DNA from: Psilocybe cubensis
Lineage: Eukaryota
DNA length: 64,000 nucleotides
Direction: 5' to 3'
Assembly: GCA_017499595.2 (NCBI GenBank)
Contig: CM039001.1
Span: forward strand, 2,294,001-2,358,000
In this document: positions 1-13,457 of the stretch, one piece after another
How positions within the stretch are numbered: position 1 is the stretch's first letter
Layout of the letters: the number at the start of each line of letters is the position of its first letter
The notes under the pieces: model-generated
Database searches by the model: none
What the model was told of the DNA's origin: nothing
Seen by the model: the letters and a program-made list of their open reading frames with translations, nothing else
Position numbers and translations under genes: made by a program

Positions 1-1793
1 CCCAAAAAGCTGAGAACCGCGTAAATCTTCCTTGAATTGTCGAAACCGCAAGCTTTACTGACGTCACGCAAGCCCTCCCACACCCCCACCCTCTAGCTCT
101 CGTGTAAAAACCATCTCTCTAAAACAGACATTGCCACTCCCTCTGGCCCGTTTGTACAACATTCAAACGGCACTGCAGCATGCACTTTCGCATGCCCTAG
201 CGACCTGCGCCATTTCGCCCACAACAGACTCCGGACATGTTAAGAATGTCTTAAATCATATCTCTCTGACAACATATACTGGCCTTTCTACGACTTTTGA
301 TGTAGATGATCTGAAGCGCCTCTGCTGGTTATGGGAGTGGGATGGCAAATCTTCATGCAATACCAAACGATTGGAAAAGACTGAAGACGAAGATAACCCT
401 TTTATAATGGATGCACCATCGGAGCCACCTCTGACAGATTGGTCTCGAGGATCAATGGGTATTATCATCACTCCCGCTACTCATTTTTCCAAAGTTGATC
501 GCAAACGCGTTCCTGCCTATGGTATCGGTATAGAAGTTGAAATGGACATTGACAAAGACATGGGAGGGGGGATGGCTGCAGTGGCTCGCTGGACTGCTGG
601 AGCTGAGACTCGACTGTCAGAGCTCTCCACAAAATTGAAGCGCTGGATAGAGGTAATGTCTTTGGACTTCGTAAACTTTGGCTTTCTTTCAACCTGTTAT
701 CGCTTTTAGCTTAATGGCGACGCTGCTTCATTACCAGAAGTTCCTCTTGCCGACCTTCCTGAACTATCTGCTCCTAAAGTGTCTTCTCTTACACGCACTC
801 TAGCTTCCTTCTCTCCTTCATCTGCTTCTTCATTACAGCTTCCTACGGTACCTTCATCTCCTTCCCGCTCACCTGTCAAAAAGACTGCCCGTGATTTGCC
901 GATACATCCTCCCACTACCTTGTTGACCAAGTCCCCTTCCAAGAAGAACACTGTATTATTTCCACAAACACCGTCGCGACGTGACAGAAATATCTTTCCA
1001 AGTTCAGGCTCAGGACCGCCTCAGACTCCTTCAACGGCCGCTTCATCTCCATCCAAGGATTCCTTACCTTCCACCCCAGTCCGCCAACAGGGACCTGACA
1101 ATACTCCATTACAAACACCATCTACATCCCGTCGCCAAGCACTCTATGAGCGTGTCAGGCAGAGGTCCTTATCTATGTCTCCCACAAAGGCACCCCGTGA
1201 TGCTAATGGAAAAACCCCAACTCGAGATCAGATGTTGAAGATGTCACAAGATGAGTTAAGGAGAAGATGCCTTCTAGGACGACTGAGTGGCATCGCAGAA
1301 AGCATCTGGATGTAACTATCTTCAAAGCAGTTATCGTTATCTTTGTCATCTAACTTGCCCATCTAGGCTTTTCTCCAACCCGAGTAGTGGTGGTTCTTCA
1401 ACTCCTTCACGAAAAAGGCGTGCCCTACCTACTCGCGATGTTGTAACATCCATTGTCAAATCGTCTCCAGTGCCACTTTCAACCTCAGAGGCAAATGAAT
1501 CAATTACTATGCTAATTAAGCTCTGTCCATTCTTCTTGAAAAAGTTGGACATATCAGGGGACGATTGGCTGGAGATGCCTGCTCCCGTTTCAGCTACTGC
1601 TGCGAGCGCAGGAGATTTAGGCTCTCCCAGTAAGGTTGGACAGGCTGTTCCTTCCAGCCCTGGTCGGCTTAAGGGGAAAGATGAAAGCGCACAAGAATTG
1701 GTCAATCGTAGTCCCCGCCGAATCAAAAGAGAAATAGGTGGTCTACGTGAAGTTAGAGAAATTATTCGACGCGAGCTGGAACTCCAGGATTGA
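1..1793 (+). CDS. Cdt1-like DNA replication licensing factor (5' end outside window, several introns)
   Basis: Frame enters at base 1 (PKKLRT), intron about 21-72, then exons in ORFs 131-709, 779-1315 and 1287-1793. Many S/T-P CDK-type sites. C-terminal segment [10 protein letters not shown]...RRRCLLGRL...[28 protein letters not shown] resembles the fungal Cdt1 C-terminal winged helix. Confidence 0.65.
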
Positions 1794-2024
1794 TCTAAGT
1801 GCTTAATTTATGTACCTCGATACTTTTTTCTCGTAGCCATGTACTCAATTTATTGATTTGTCGAATGCAATAGCTTTTATTTTCTGGACAAGTGGCTACA
1901 TAATTATAAATATTGTGCGCGTGTTTTATGATATCTTCCTCTCAGTGGCACGAGGGAAACACCCGGTCTTCAATTGAATACTGCAGCTGCGGTCTTGTGT
2001 GCAGTTTATCACATCATCTGCCTG

Positions 2025-3008
2025 TCAAAGCTCAAGAAGCTCTTTCCATAGACCGTCTAAATGAAACAAAGCAGCCAAATGGCCTCCATTGATGGATCGA
2101 AAATGAGCATTCTTGTAGGATGCCGCGAGCCACTTGGCCATGGCATCGGGAGCCATGGTATCCCCTTCCGACCCAACAATGAGTATAGGACGTCGATTAC
2201 GCTCTTCATCTAAACCATCAGGCTTAAAACCCCAGTCGCCGTGGATTACATCTGCAATTTCCAAATAGCCGTCCCATGTCTTCGCGACGCTCCGCACCAT
2301 GTTCTCTGCAAACTCGCGTTCGACCTCACCCTCCTGTTTGCCGTGTTCTTCTCTCCATTTCCTGAACGCTTCTTTCTCTTCTGTCTTCATGTTGTCGAAG
2401 AGGTTTTGACGTATAAAGGCTTCTGCATCTTCTATGGTTTTTAACTTACTCCTCATGTAGAAAGAGGAGAGACGAGGTAGGATATGGAAAGGCAGAAATT
2501 GTGTTGGTGGTCCTACTGCCATATAGTTCTGCGTGGTCATTGTCTTAGCATAGTCTTTATGCAGCCTAAATGGCGAGAACGGTGCGAGAACCATGCATCC
2601 TTTGATATTCCTTCCAAGGGGAAAAATATCGAAAGGTGCGCCATAGAGAATTTGGGCAGGTACGGTTCCAAATGATCCTCCCGCTATGTAGATACTGAGG
2701 TTCGATTCGTCGGGGTGAAGATGTTGAATGAGCTGCGTGATATCGGAGGCGAGGGAAACATGATAAGGGATGGTCTGATCGCGAGGAGTTGATGTACCCC
2801 AACCCGGCAGAGTTGGAGCTATAAAGTGAACGTCGGCCTCAACTAGGGAAGGTTGCAGCCTTGTCGCATTTCCCACCCCAAAAGCGCCATGGAAGAAGAT
2901 GACTACACACGAACTGGACGAGTTGCCATTGTCAGAATAGGCCAGAATGCGGCTATCGGATAATTTGATGTGTTTCTCGAGAGGCTGGATTGTCATTGCA
3001 GATGCCAT
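2025..3008 (-). CDS. Alpha/beta hydrolase, 327 aa, intronless
   Basis: Single ORF. FFHG oxyanion motif, PTLPGWG, nucleophile elbow GGSFG, acid residue in GSEGD, catalytic His in GGHL. Confidence 0.9.
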   Translation of the reverse strand: MASAMTIQPLEKHIKLSDSRILAYSDNGNSSSSCVVIFFHGAFGVGNATRLQPSLVEADVHFIAPTLPGWGTSTPRDQTIPYHVSLASDITQLIQHLHPDESNLSIYIAGGSFGTVPAQILYGAPFDIFPLGRNIKGCMVLAPFSPFRLHKDYAKTMTTQNYMAVGPPTQFLPFHILPRLSSFYMRSKLKTIEDAEAFIRQNLFDNMKTEEKEAFRKWREEHGKQEGEVEREFAENMVRSVAKTWDGYLEIADVIHGDWGFKPDGLDEERNRRPILIVGSEGDTMAPDAMAKWLAASYKNAHFRSINGGHLAALFHLDGLWKELLEL

Positions 3009-3357
3009 GGAGAATAAGAGAATAAACTCTTGGGACGGCGATGCGCTGTTGGATATTTATATGATAGCGACCTCGAAGCGTCTTGGAAAGTGTGTGTGGG
3101 CCGCAGTATGCCCAGAGGAGGTTGAAAGGAATGTAAATGCTATGCCGCAGTGGGTACAAAATCCAAGGCGCTTGTCATCGCATCAATGTAAGACAGGTGA
3201 GGCTGCGATCTGCATTGGATACTGAGGGTGGCGACGGTGGTACCTGACCAAAAACGTAACAAATCATGTACTTGATAAACATCTTAGGTTTGGCAAAGGC
3301 CATTCACCAAAAATGACATGAAAATGACATACAGATACACGTTTTGTAATTGAAAGA

Positions 3358-5028
3358 TTAAACATTGGCTTGTTCCCATCTATCCCTTGCCTTCTTCTCA
3401 AAGTCTACGCAGTCAATAACCACTCCTTCTCTTCTGCTAGCTTCCGCAGCAAAGACGGTTAGATGACTCTTCAATATTTCGCTGGAGTTTGTTCCCAGCA
3501 ATTCCTGCTCGTTTGATAACACTGCGTCGACAAAAGAACGAATGAGGCCCATATCTCCTCCTCCGTGACCACCCCCTTCGGACTTTGGGTGATGGACCTT
3601 GCTAGTTCTTTTCTTGAAGTCATTGACGGTAAATGTATTCATGTCGCCAATGATCTCGCCATGGCTGAAGTGCAGCCTGGTTCTCCGGTCACAGATAGCT
3701 TCAGTGAATGCAACCATGGTGAAAGAGGCAGTCGATCCGTTTGAGAACTCGATGTTGACGACTTGGTTATCGCAGACGTCATTGGCACTTTCGTAAACAC
3801 AAAGGCCGTATGACCCTTTTTTGAGGGCTTCTGTAATGTTTTCGATATCGGGTATTCCGTCGACGATGGCGGAAGCGGGCCAGCCCACATGTCCTTGGGA
3901 TACTTCATCCAAGTAGACTATTAAAAATGGATAAGTTAGAAGTCAATCGATATGATATGGAGATGGAAAATGACGCGACAGACTTTTCTTAGCACTGTAG
4001 GGACATTCCTTCTCTGCCGGGCACTCCATGCAGCGAGTTGCATCTCCAGCGCCAGGGGGTTTTGCAGACTTTCGGAAATGCCGTAAAGAACCGAATGAAG
4101 AGACCTTAATTGGAATTGCCGGGTAAAACCAGTGGCAAATAAGGTCGATATCACTGAAAAACCTTTGGTTCAAAATCAAAGATGAGGATTGACTCTGTTC
4201 TTACTGGCAACATTTAGTCATGAGAGAAAATGAACTTGCTTCTTCGCTTGCCCAGTTCCCGCGAACATAAGAATGTGCGAAGTGATAGTAGCCCACAGGT
4301 TCGACTTGAACGATATTTATCAATTCACCAAGAGAGCCAGAGCGAATAATTTCAGTGATTTCTCTGCTATAAGGCGAATATCGCATGACTGAAAGTAAGG
4401 TATTAAGATATATTGGACGTGGAAGCAGCGATGGGACTTACCGTGTCCCATACCAAATATTTTCCTTGCATCTTTGATAGCCCTATCGATCGCTATGCAA
4501 TCCTCAAGGTTTGTAGCCATAGGTTTTTCACAGAGAATATGATACCCCTGATCTGCAAAGGCAACAGCAACTTCGGCGTGAAGATGGTCCTGGACAGCGA
4601 TCAGAACCGCATCAGCCAACCGCTTTCCGACGGTTGAGATCGTCTCAGCAGATGCAGCATGAAGCTCCTGCCAGGTATTAAACACAAGAGTTTGGTCAAC
4701 CTGGTGGAGATCAGCAAAGTACTTCTGCGTTTTGGGACGAGGCTCAGCAATAGCGACTACTTTGCAACGGTCAGGGCAGGCAAGTGCATATCTCGTGTAT
4801 GCCTGGAAGCACGCGCGAGCTTAGTATATGACATACATAAAAGGTTGTTCAAGTACTTGCCTTTCCTCTTTGACCACAGCCAATTACTGCGATTGTGACG
4901 AGGTGGTCGGTCCCCGTGCCAGCAGGGCCCGGCTTCGTGCCAGCTTTAGAACTAGAATCAGAACTTGTTTTGGGGAGCCTAATGGATCTTCGCCACAAAC
5001 TCTTGGTGTTATTCAGGAGGGACGACAT
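3358..5028 (-). CDS. Gfo/Idh/MocA-family NAD(P)-dependent oxidoreductase
   Basis: ATG at 5028. Rossmann motif [39 protein letters not shown]-terminal GGGHGGGD. First intron is GC-AG (4860-4803). Confidence 0.9.
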
Positions 5029-5217
5029 GGAGATGTTGGTAAAGAAGTAAAGACGGAAGAGAACCAGGATACATGGGCAGACGTGTACATGGAGTCAGAT
5101 CTGATTCTGGACAGTGATAGCGTTGTGTCCAGGCTGGAAGGAGCAAAAACTAAGTTTGGAAGCCAATGGGATCAAGCCGTTGTGTGACTAAAAATAAATG
5201 TACAGACTTGTCCACGA

Positions 5218-6590
5218 ATGCCCCGCATCCTCCCTCGTCTCTTGAAAAAGATAGAAAGCCAGGCGCACAAACAAAAGTTCTTCAAGTTCAGCCTTCCACG
5301 AAAGCGCATCCGAAAGTCTCTCTACAAACCTCCCCTGCAAGCGCCCTCTTTTCAGCCCTCCCATCATGCGCGGTCTATTTTGCTGACGCCTCTGAATCCT
5401 ATCACGAATGCCAAAGACTACGTCAAACACAAGAGGATACCGCCCAGTTTAAACAAGCCAGGCAAAGTAGATCCAAACGATGTTGACCCTGCCCGCCAAA
5501 TGTCCAAAGACGAGATGCGGTGGTGGGCCAATCCGTATCGTGCGTGTCCTTCAACTGCGCTGGACCACATGATCTGACAATTCGCCGCCTAGTAAGGATG
5601 TTATCCTCTCCAATTCGCACCTGTCTAGTAACCCAGCGTCGAGTTCCATCGGGTAGATTTGAGTTTTCTTATCAACCAACATATATTGATGACGTCCATC
5701 TAGACATGCTCATTCGTCTGACCGGGATGCGCATACCATCGTCTAATCCCCACCGAGACAAAAGAAACCAGGCCAAGCTAGTTCCCGACGGGATTCTACA
5801 TCCAAAGTATACAAATCGCAAGGTTTCTGGTGGAATGTACACCCTATGCTGGCGGCAGGCGATTAGACAGCTTGAAAGAGGTGCCTACAAACGCATATCC
5901 GCAGAGCTTTCTTTATACTCTTCTCTCGAGCATCAGATTGCCCACCTTCTGCGGCTACGCATCTTACAAGAGTTTGAACTCTTGGCAGAGTGCCTGGAAT
6001 TCTCTGTTAAACGTCACAAAAACTTGGGAGCTACCCCGATTCTTCGTAGGCTAACATACGACGAGTGGGGCTTGATGCGGTCAACGGGGTCATTGCCTTG
6101 CCAAAATGCTCTTGCCATTCTGATTTGTCCTCCTCTTAATCGAAACTGGCGCACTGGGGAAAGACCCAAGGGCTCTTTTTCTGCCTTGCCTCCGGCAGAT
6201 GAACACGCTTTAACAAACCTGCCACCAACATCCACATTGATTTCGGCTTCTGAAGATGTGAGCCTCGAAGAAGTATCCGACACATTACCACAACTCCAAG
6301 TCCCCCTATATAACTGTATATCGGCCTTTCCCAGTGTATCTCAACGAGCTGCATTGCATACATTGCTTCTACGAATCTTGACCACTGAGCGGTTTGTGAA
6401 AACCTTTAACAAGAACAATAGGAATTCACACCTCATCAAACCATCGCGAAAACACAGTCCCGCCTTTTTGCTCTGTGCCGATGAGAATACAATTCATAGA
6501 GGGGATTCAGCAGCGGTGGCTTTGGCTTTATGGAGACTGCGTATGTACGACAGTGAGGGCTGGCAGAGTCCTCAACACAACACAACATGA
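5218..6590 (+). CDS. Hypothetical protein, possibly mitochondrial (weak resemblance to RRG8-like proteins)
   Basis: Basic N-terminus; exons in ORFs 5218-5577 and 5520-6590; motif WWANPY.RMLSSPIRTCLVT.RRVPSD after splicing. Family call is recollection only. Confidence 0.55.
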
Positions 6591-6693
6591 TCTTACAATA
6601 ATTTCCTTTGTAAACTTCATACATGGTATTTAATTATTGGGGCCAAGGGAGCGTTGGTTAGAGCACTACAAAATTGAGATACATTGAAAACGT

Positions 6694-7693
<1,000 letters not shown>

Positions 7694-7850
7694 GGTTGTA
7701 GAGGTAAAGAAGAGGAAAGATGATGTTAGATGCGAATGAGAGGGACTTGCGAAGCCGGTTATGGAAATGATCAGAGCTGACGCGTCTCAATCTACTTATA
7801 CACGCCACGCGTCCCCGCTTGTACTACTACATCATCATCCCCCTCCCAAT
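7694..7850. promoter_or_regulatory. 157-bp bidirectional promoter between PRE3 and RPN12
   Basis: Head-to-head start codons; contains CTGACGCGT (7777-7785) and a second ACGCGT. Confidence 0.7.
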
Positions 7851-8901
7851 ATGCCCCTCCAATACCTCCAAGAACTCCGCCAGGCATTCAACGCCAAACC
7901 CTCTGACCTCAAGAAATGCACAGATCTACTACTCAAGCTCAAGGTACTTGAGAAGTCATTGCGTGCAAGAACGGCTTGGCTGCAGCTAAATCAATCGTCT
8001 CCAGCTCCTCCTTGTTGAGCAGAACCTGCTGTTCCCTCAAGAAAACGTCCCAAAAGATAAGCTACGGGAAGCTCGTATGTATCCATTGATGTTCGATTGT
8101 ATAGTGTGTTGATCATGAAATATAGGTGAGGTTCTCGAAATCGGGGCCTTTGTTAGCATCCGAAGTCGCGATCTGCCTGCTTTCGACCGTTATTTTGCAC
8201 AACTTCAGACATTCTACACGGACTTTGTGTACGTTTAATTAAAACTGGAGCTCAACACAGTGCTTAAATTTATCCTCAGTGAACTTGAACGATCTGAAAG
8301 AGAATACCCTATCCGCGGCCTCAACCTCATCCACCTGCTAACTCAGAACCGTATAGCGGATTTCCATATAACACTCGAAAGCCTTGATGCGGAAGCTATT
8401 TTGGATAACGAATACATTAAACACCCTGTAAATCTCGAGAGATGGCTGATGGAGGGTAGCTACAGTAAAGTTTGGAATGCACGAGAAGAGGCTCCTGCGG
8501 AAGAATATAAATTCTTCGTGAACAGTTTGGTGGGCACAATCAGGTACGAAAATAGTTTTTGTCGCGTGTTGAAACGTCCATTCAGCTTCATTATAGGAAT
8601 GAAATTGCCAGCTGCCAGGAAACAGCGTACGAAAGCCTACCTCTTAAAGATGCCGCGACATTGCTCTTTTTCACCAATCAGTCAGAATTGTTAACCTTTG
8701 CACAAGCCGTGAGTGAGCTTCCAACGATTGTGGTGTTGTTGAAATCGTTGTAACTGTTTCCTTCAGCGAGCTTGGGAAGTCAATCTGTCAGCCGGTACAA
8801 TCATTTTCAAACGGAAGGACGAGGAAAAGATGGAAATCCCAAAACAACGCCTTATTTCTGCATCCCTAGCATATGCAAGAGAACTCGAACAGATCATTTA
8901 G
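7851..8901 (+). CDS. RPN12: 26S proteasome lid subunit Rpn12
   Basis: REVLEIGAFVSI, FDRYFAQLQTFY, GLNLIHLLTQNRIADFH, HPVNLERWLMEGSYSKV, TIRNEIASC, C-terminal YARELEQII. Confidence 0.95.
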
Positions 8902-8980
8902 TTTTGCAGACAATGGGATTTTATTCAGATTTGATAATGATTGCACTAGAAAAAATGACGTATAATACAAGGACTGCAAT

Positions 8981-10044
8981 CTATGCAGCATCATCTTCAA
9001 ACTCGAACTGTTCCTTCGCCTTAGTCTCTGCCTCCTCCAACAAATCTTGGGGTACAGGTAGATGAGTATTGTTTGTCTCCGGGCCGATCCAGGACATCTC
9101 AAGTTCGAATTCTTTTTCCCTAGTGTCCTCGTGGACAAGATAAATACTAAAGATACGATGAGAACAAGAGGATCCTATCAACATTTGCCAACTTACATTC
9201 TTGCAGCCTCTATAACAGCCTCTCGAAGAGATAATTGTGATAGGTCCAGTTTCTCCAATTCTGTTTTGGCAAGTTGCTTTCCTTTGCCCACCGCGGCGCC
9301 ATTATATCCCTGTCTCTTGATAAGTGAGCGCGTGGAAATTATTGAGCAGTTCACCTACATAAAATATACCACTGGGCTCAACAACGAATAGACCGGGTCC
9401 ATCTTCATCGACTGTTCCCAATATTGTGCTAATGCCGAACGGCCTCACTGAAGAGTATAATGTATAGGCCTGAACATAGAGGCCCAGACGATCTGCGACA
9501 GCCTATACGTACAGGTAAGTTATCACGTTTTGAACACCAATAATGTGCGCACCTTCAAGGGTGGTGGAGCGTTGTAGGTTTCACGGTAGTTTGCAGCCTC
9601 GTCCCGGGCACGGTTCGATAGATGGCGACCATCGGCCAATAGACCTGCAGTTGCCTACTTACCAAATATTAAGCTAGTCATTCGAAAGTCAAGACGGTGT
9701 TGCGCACCAAGCCAATGTGCCGATCTATTGTCTGGATCCTGCGATTGGCGCCAGGGACCAGTAATTTAGAGTGAACAAGTTTCTCCACTGCCAATACAAT
9801 GCCATCTTTGACTTTCAGGCCAATTGCAGTCCTAAATATTAGATTTGAGGATGTTTTGACTATGACAGTTACTTGTTTGCACACCCTGAGTTTTCGACGG
9901 CTTTATTGGCGTATTCTACCTAGAAGTATTGAAACTTTATGAAGGGAAATACAAGACCTGGTTCATTAGACATACCTGAAAGATACGACCATCTGGAGAG
10001 TATGTGCTTGCAGAAAGATCGTATCCTGTTCCGATTGAAGTCAT
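8981..10044 (-). CDS. PRE10: 20S proteasome alpha-7 subunit
   Basis: [62 protein letters not shown]. Confidence 0.96.
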
Positions 10045-10228
10045 GCTTTAGTGTGGATTGAAGGAGAGGTGCTGAAATATGACACTTCAGGAGGACGCGC
10101 AAGCAGATAGAACGCGTCAGTCCACCGTGGGAAATTTGAGGCGCGTCACACTCTGAACAAGGCGGGCCTACCTTGAATATGCGACAATTGTTTGTTCGGT
10201 TCTGTACAATCGCCCTCAACCAAAAACC

Positions 10229-13200
10229 ATGTCCGACAACGACGAATGGATAAAAGTGCTACAAGATCACCCCATATTCTCACTCCCTAAGTATTTTGAT
10301 GACCCCCTTGCAAAGACCCCAAATCCTTTGGAATTATCAACTAACACACTACCGAAATTCACAAATCTCGACCCTCGCGATGATTCTCCAAGCCCGTCAG
10401 GACGACGTCAAGTCATGATACTGAAGGATGCAGATGTTATTGTGGCAGCGGGAAATGAAATAAGGTTGTCGTCATTCGGCGACCTTAAACTAAGTCGAAG
10501 TATTCGTAAATCATACAAGGTGTGCTGCCTACTAATTAGAGTCCGTACCGCACAAGCTGAGAAAAATTATCAAGATTCTCAATACTCCGAATATCAAGTT
10601 TGAAATTCATCAAATATGTCTTAATCCAAGCGGAAAGCTGTTGGCGGTTGCTGGAGCGTACCAGGTCGCCGTCGTTGTTCTACCGCGTGCAGGATATAGT
10701 AGACTTGTCCCTCAAGTCATAGATTGCAAGTAGGCTAATACTACAACTATGATGTATATGCGCATTATGTTGACCTTGCTTGATAGGTCGGTTCAAGTCG
10801 GCCAATTCTACCATGCAGCCGAATCATCAGCACCGATAGCGAAAATCGACTGGCATCCTTGGGGTGACGCTGGTTCAACATTGCTTGTTATGACTGTTGA
10901 TGGAAAACTAAGGTACATCCAACAGATGAATCTCAATTCACTATTGTTCACTTCTGTTTAGAGAATACGATATGTCAATTGATACAGAAGAGCCCCAGCA
11001 AGTTGTGCGCTTCTTCCCGGAAAAGAAATCGGCGACGTTTATGGCAGATGACAGTGCGGAAAGAGAAGTCACATCCTTCACACTAGGGAAAGGGCGCGCA
11101 GATTGGGGGCCTCTGACATTGTATGCAATAACAAAATCAGGCGACATTTATTCCATATGTCCTTACCTTCCCCAGAATGCGTATGTATCCCGTTCCATTA
11201 ACAACTAAGAACGCTGATCTGACGCGTACATCTAGTTCAGTCCCAACGGCGTATATCCACTCCCTGGAGTGCTTCGTTTCGGCCAAGCAAGAATACCTTT
11301 CTCAAACATCATCGTCATCGGCCTCAAAATATAATTCCATGACTTATGATTACCAACATAAATATGTTACAGCGTTGGTCAAACAGCTCCCTGCTGGGGC
11401 AGTTTTTCCCGCATCCTCAAAATCGGTTCTTGTGCATCCTCCTTCAACGATTAAACCGCGACCATTACGCCAAGGTCCATTCCTATTGCAGCCTTCTCCT
11501 AGAATGCTTGACGGCAGTGAAGGCGGCGATGCTACTGATATCACGTATCTTACCTTTGGGACCGGGCTAAAGAATAGTTCCGAAGATGACGGCAATGATA
11601 CAGAGCATCTTGGAGTTGTGCTTGTATCATATCAAGATGGAAAAGTTGACCTTTTCCTTGACGTGGAGAAGGTAGAAGCTCGATGGGATTTGAAACACGT
11701 ACGCATAAAATATACTCGTTGCTGCCAATCTTATAAAGATATTTCCCCAGGAACCCAGCCCTGACTTGCCTATGCTTGCCGTCTACGAGAGCATTGACCT
11801 CGGGCTAGTCAAGTGTTTAAAAGAAATTTCACCGGAAACTGAATCAACAGCAATATTGGACCTGCTCCAAGGAAACCACCCCGTACTTCTCGTTGACCCT
11901 CTTCACAATGATATGATATATGTTTACCACGCATTTGGCGTACATGCCCTGGATGTATCACCAGTTATCGACAGACTTTCGTCTGCCCTGCGAGATGACC
12001 CAGAAGACGGTTCGACATTAAAGGACAGCCTCCAAAAACCCTCAACGACCACTGTCCGACCGATTTTAAACACGTTCTCGGTAGAGAAAAAGTGGGTGGT
12101 TGATATACTTCTTGAATGTCATAAGCTAATGGTTTCGTCCCAGATGTTCCAACCCTATCATAGCCGTTGCCTTGCCGAACGATGTCTACCTCACATATAA
12201 CATTTTCATGTTGACCTCGACCATGAGACTTACCTCCATTCCTCTGACTATACGGTCGGCGGTTACCCCTGCAAAGTCCAATCTCCTCAACACCGTTTCT
12301 GTCCCCGTTAACACAAGCAAATGGCTAAAACCTCTTGATATGCCATCTCCGTATACCTGTTTGTTGGGCAATCAAGCCTATAAACCACCCTCGATACTTT
12401 CTGACCCGTCTGGTCTACCAAATTTGCCGAAACAATCGTTACCAAGCACCTCTGGCTCGAAAGAATTTTTGCTAACACCTGACACTCTTCGATTCATTGG
12501 TAAAACCGTCGCACAAATCGGATCACAGACCAATGACATACGAGCAGCTTATCGGATTGCATTTGCCCGGGTAAACCTACAGAAATCCGAACTTTCATCT
12601 CAGATCACCAAATGCAAAGAGATTCAAGAAAAAATTGACACTATCACCTCGACACGAAGAAAGGAAACCGAAGCACGTATATCCAACATCCAGAACGAAC
12701 AAAAAGCATTACTCTCGAGACTGGATCGAGTGCTTCAATCCTTAATGAAGGAAGCCTCTCCAGAAATTAGTGAGCAAGAGAAGAAATGGTTCGATGAACT
12801 GAAGAGAATGAAAAATGAAATATGTGGTAGTGGAAGGTATGACGACGAATCGTTGATTTCGCGAACCCGATTGGTATGTCGTTGAGAAAAATATGTTTCT
12901 TATTGAACACCTCGAATTAATTTTCTTTGCAGCTTGAAAGAGAGTTCAAGCGGATCCTCCCATCCTTACAAACCTTAGTCGAAAAGGAACAACAAAGGCA
13001 AAGGACCCAACAAGATGCAAACAAAAACCTTGGCTTCACCCAAGCTTTCGAGTATGGTCAACGATCTAACATCGAGTATGTTTATCTTCTTATTTTGGGC
13101 TTATACGATCTGAGCGATTTTGATTCGATAGTGGTACTCGGATAAATATTGTTGAAACAGAGTTAGCCAAACTGGCATTGAAACTCGACTTGCCCTTGGG

Positions 13201-13234
13201 ACAGCCTCCATCGTCAGCAGCGCCGTCATGTTAA
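10229..13234 (+). CDS. NUP82: Nucleoporin Nup82/Nup88 family
   Basis: Multi-exon. N-terminal beta-propeller motifs (LNPSGKLLAVAG, IDWHPWG, WGPLTLY...GDIYSICPYLP) and C-terminal coiled coil containing SEQEKKWFDEL. Confidence 0.8.
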
Positions 13235-13457
13235 TACTTCTTCTTTGGATCGACTTGTGATACATCATTATGTTCCATGTTTACATTTATTCGGATCAGG
13301 TTTGCATGCTCTTTACCCGTCCGATATTGTAAACCGCGAGTTGATTTTTTATCCTTGCATTCTTATGTCCTTGTTTTAGTATTGCTGTCCTTCTCTGTTC
13401 ATTCTGTATAAATGCTATACGTATGCCTACTAGGAATTTTTGTCGAGTTTTGGAAAA

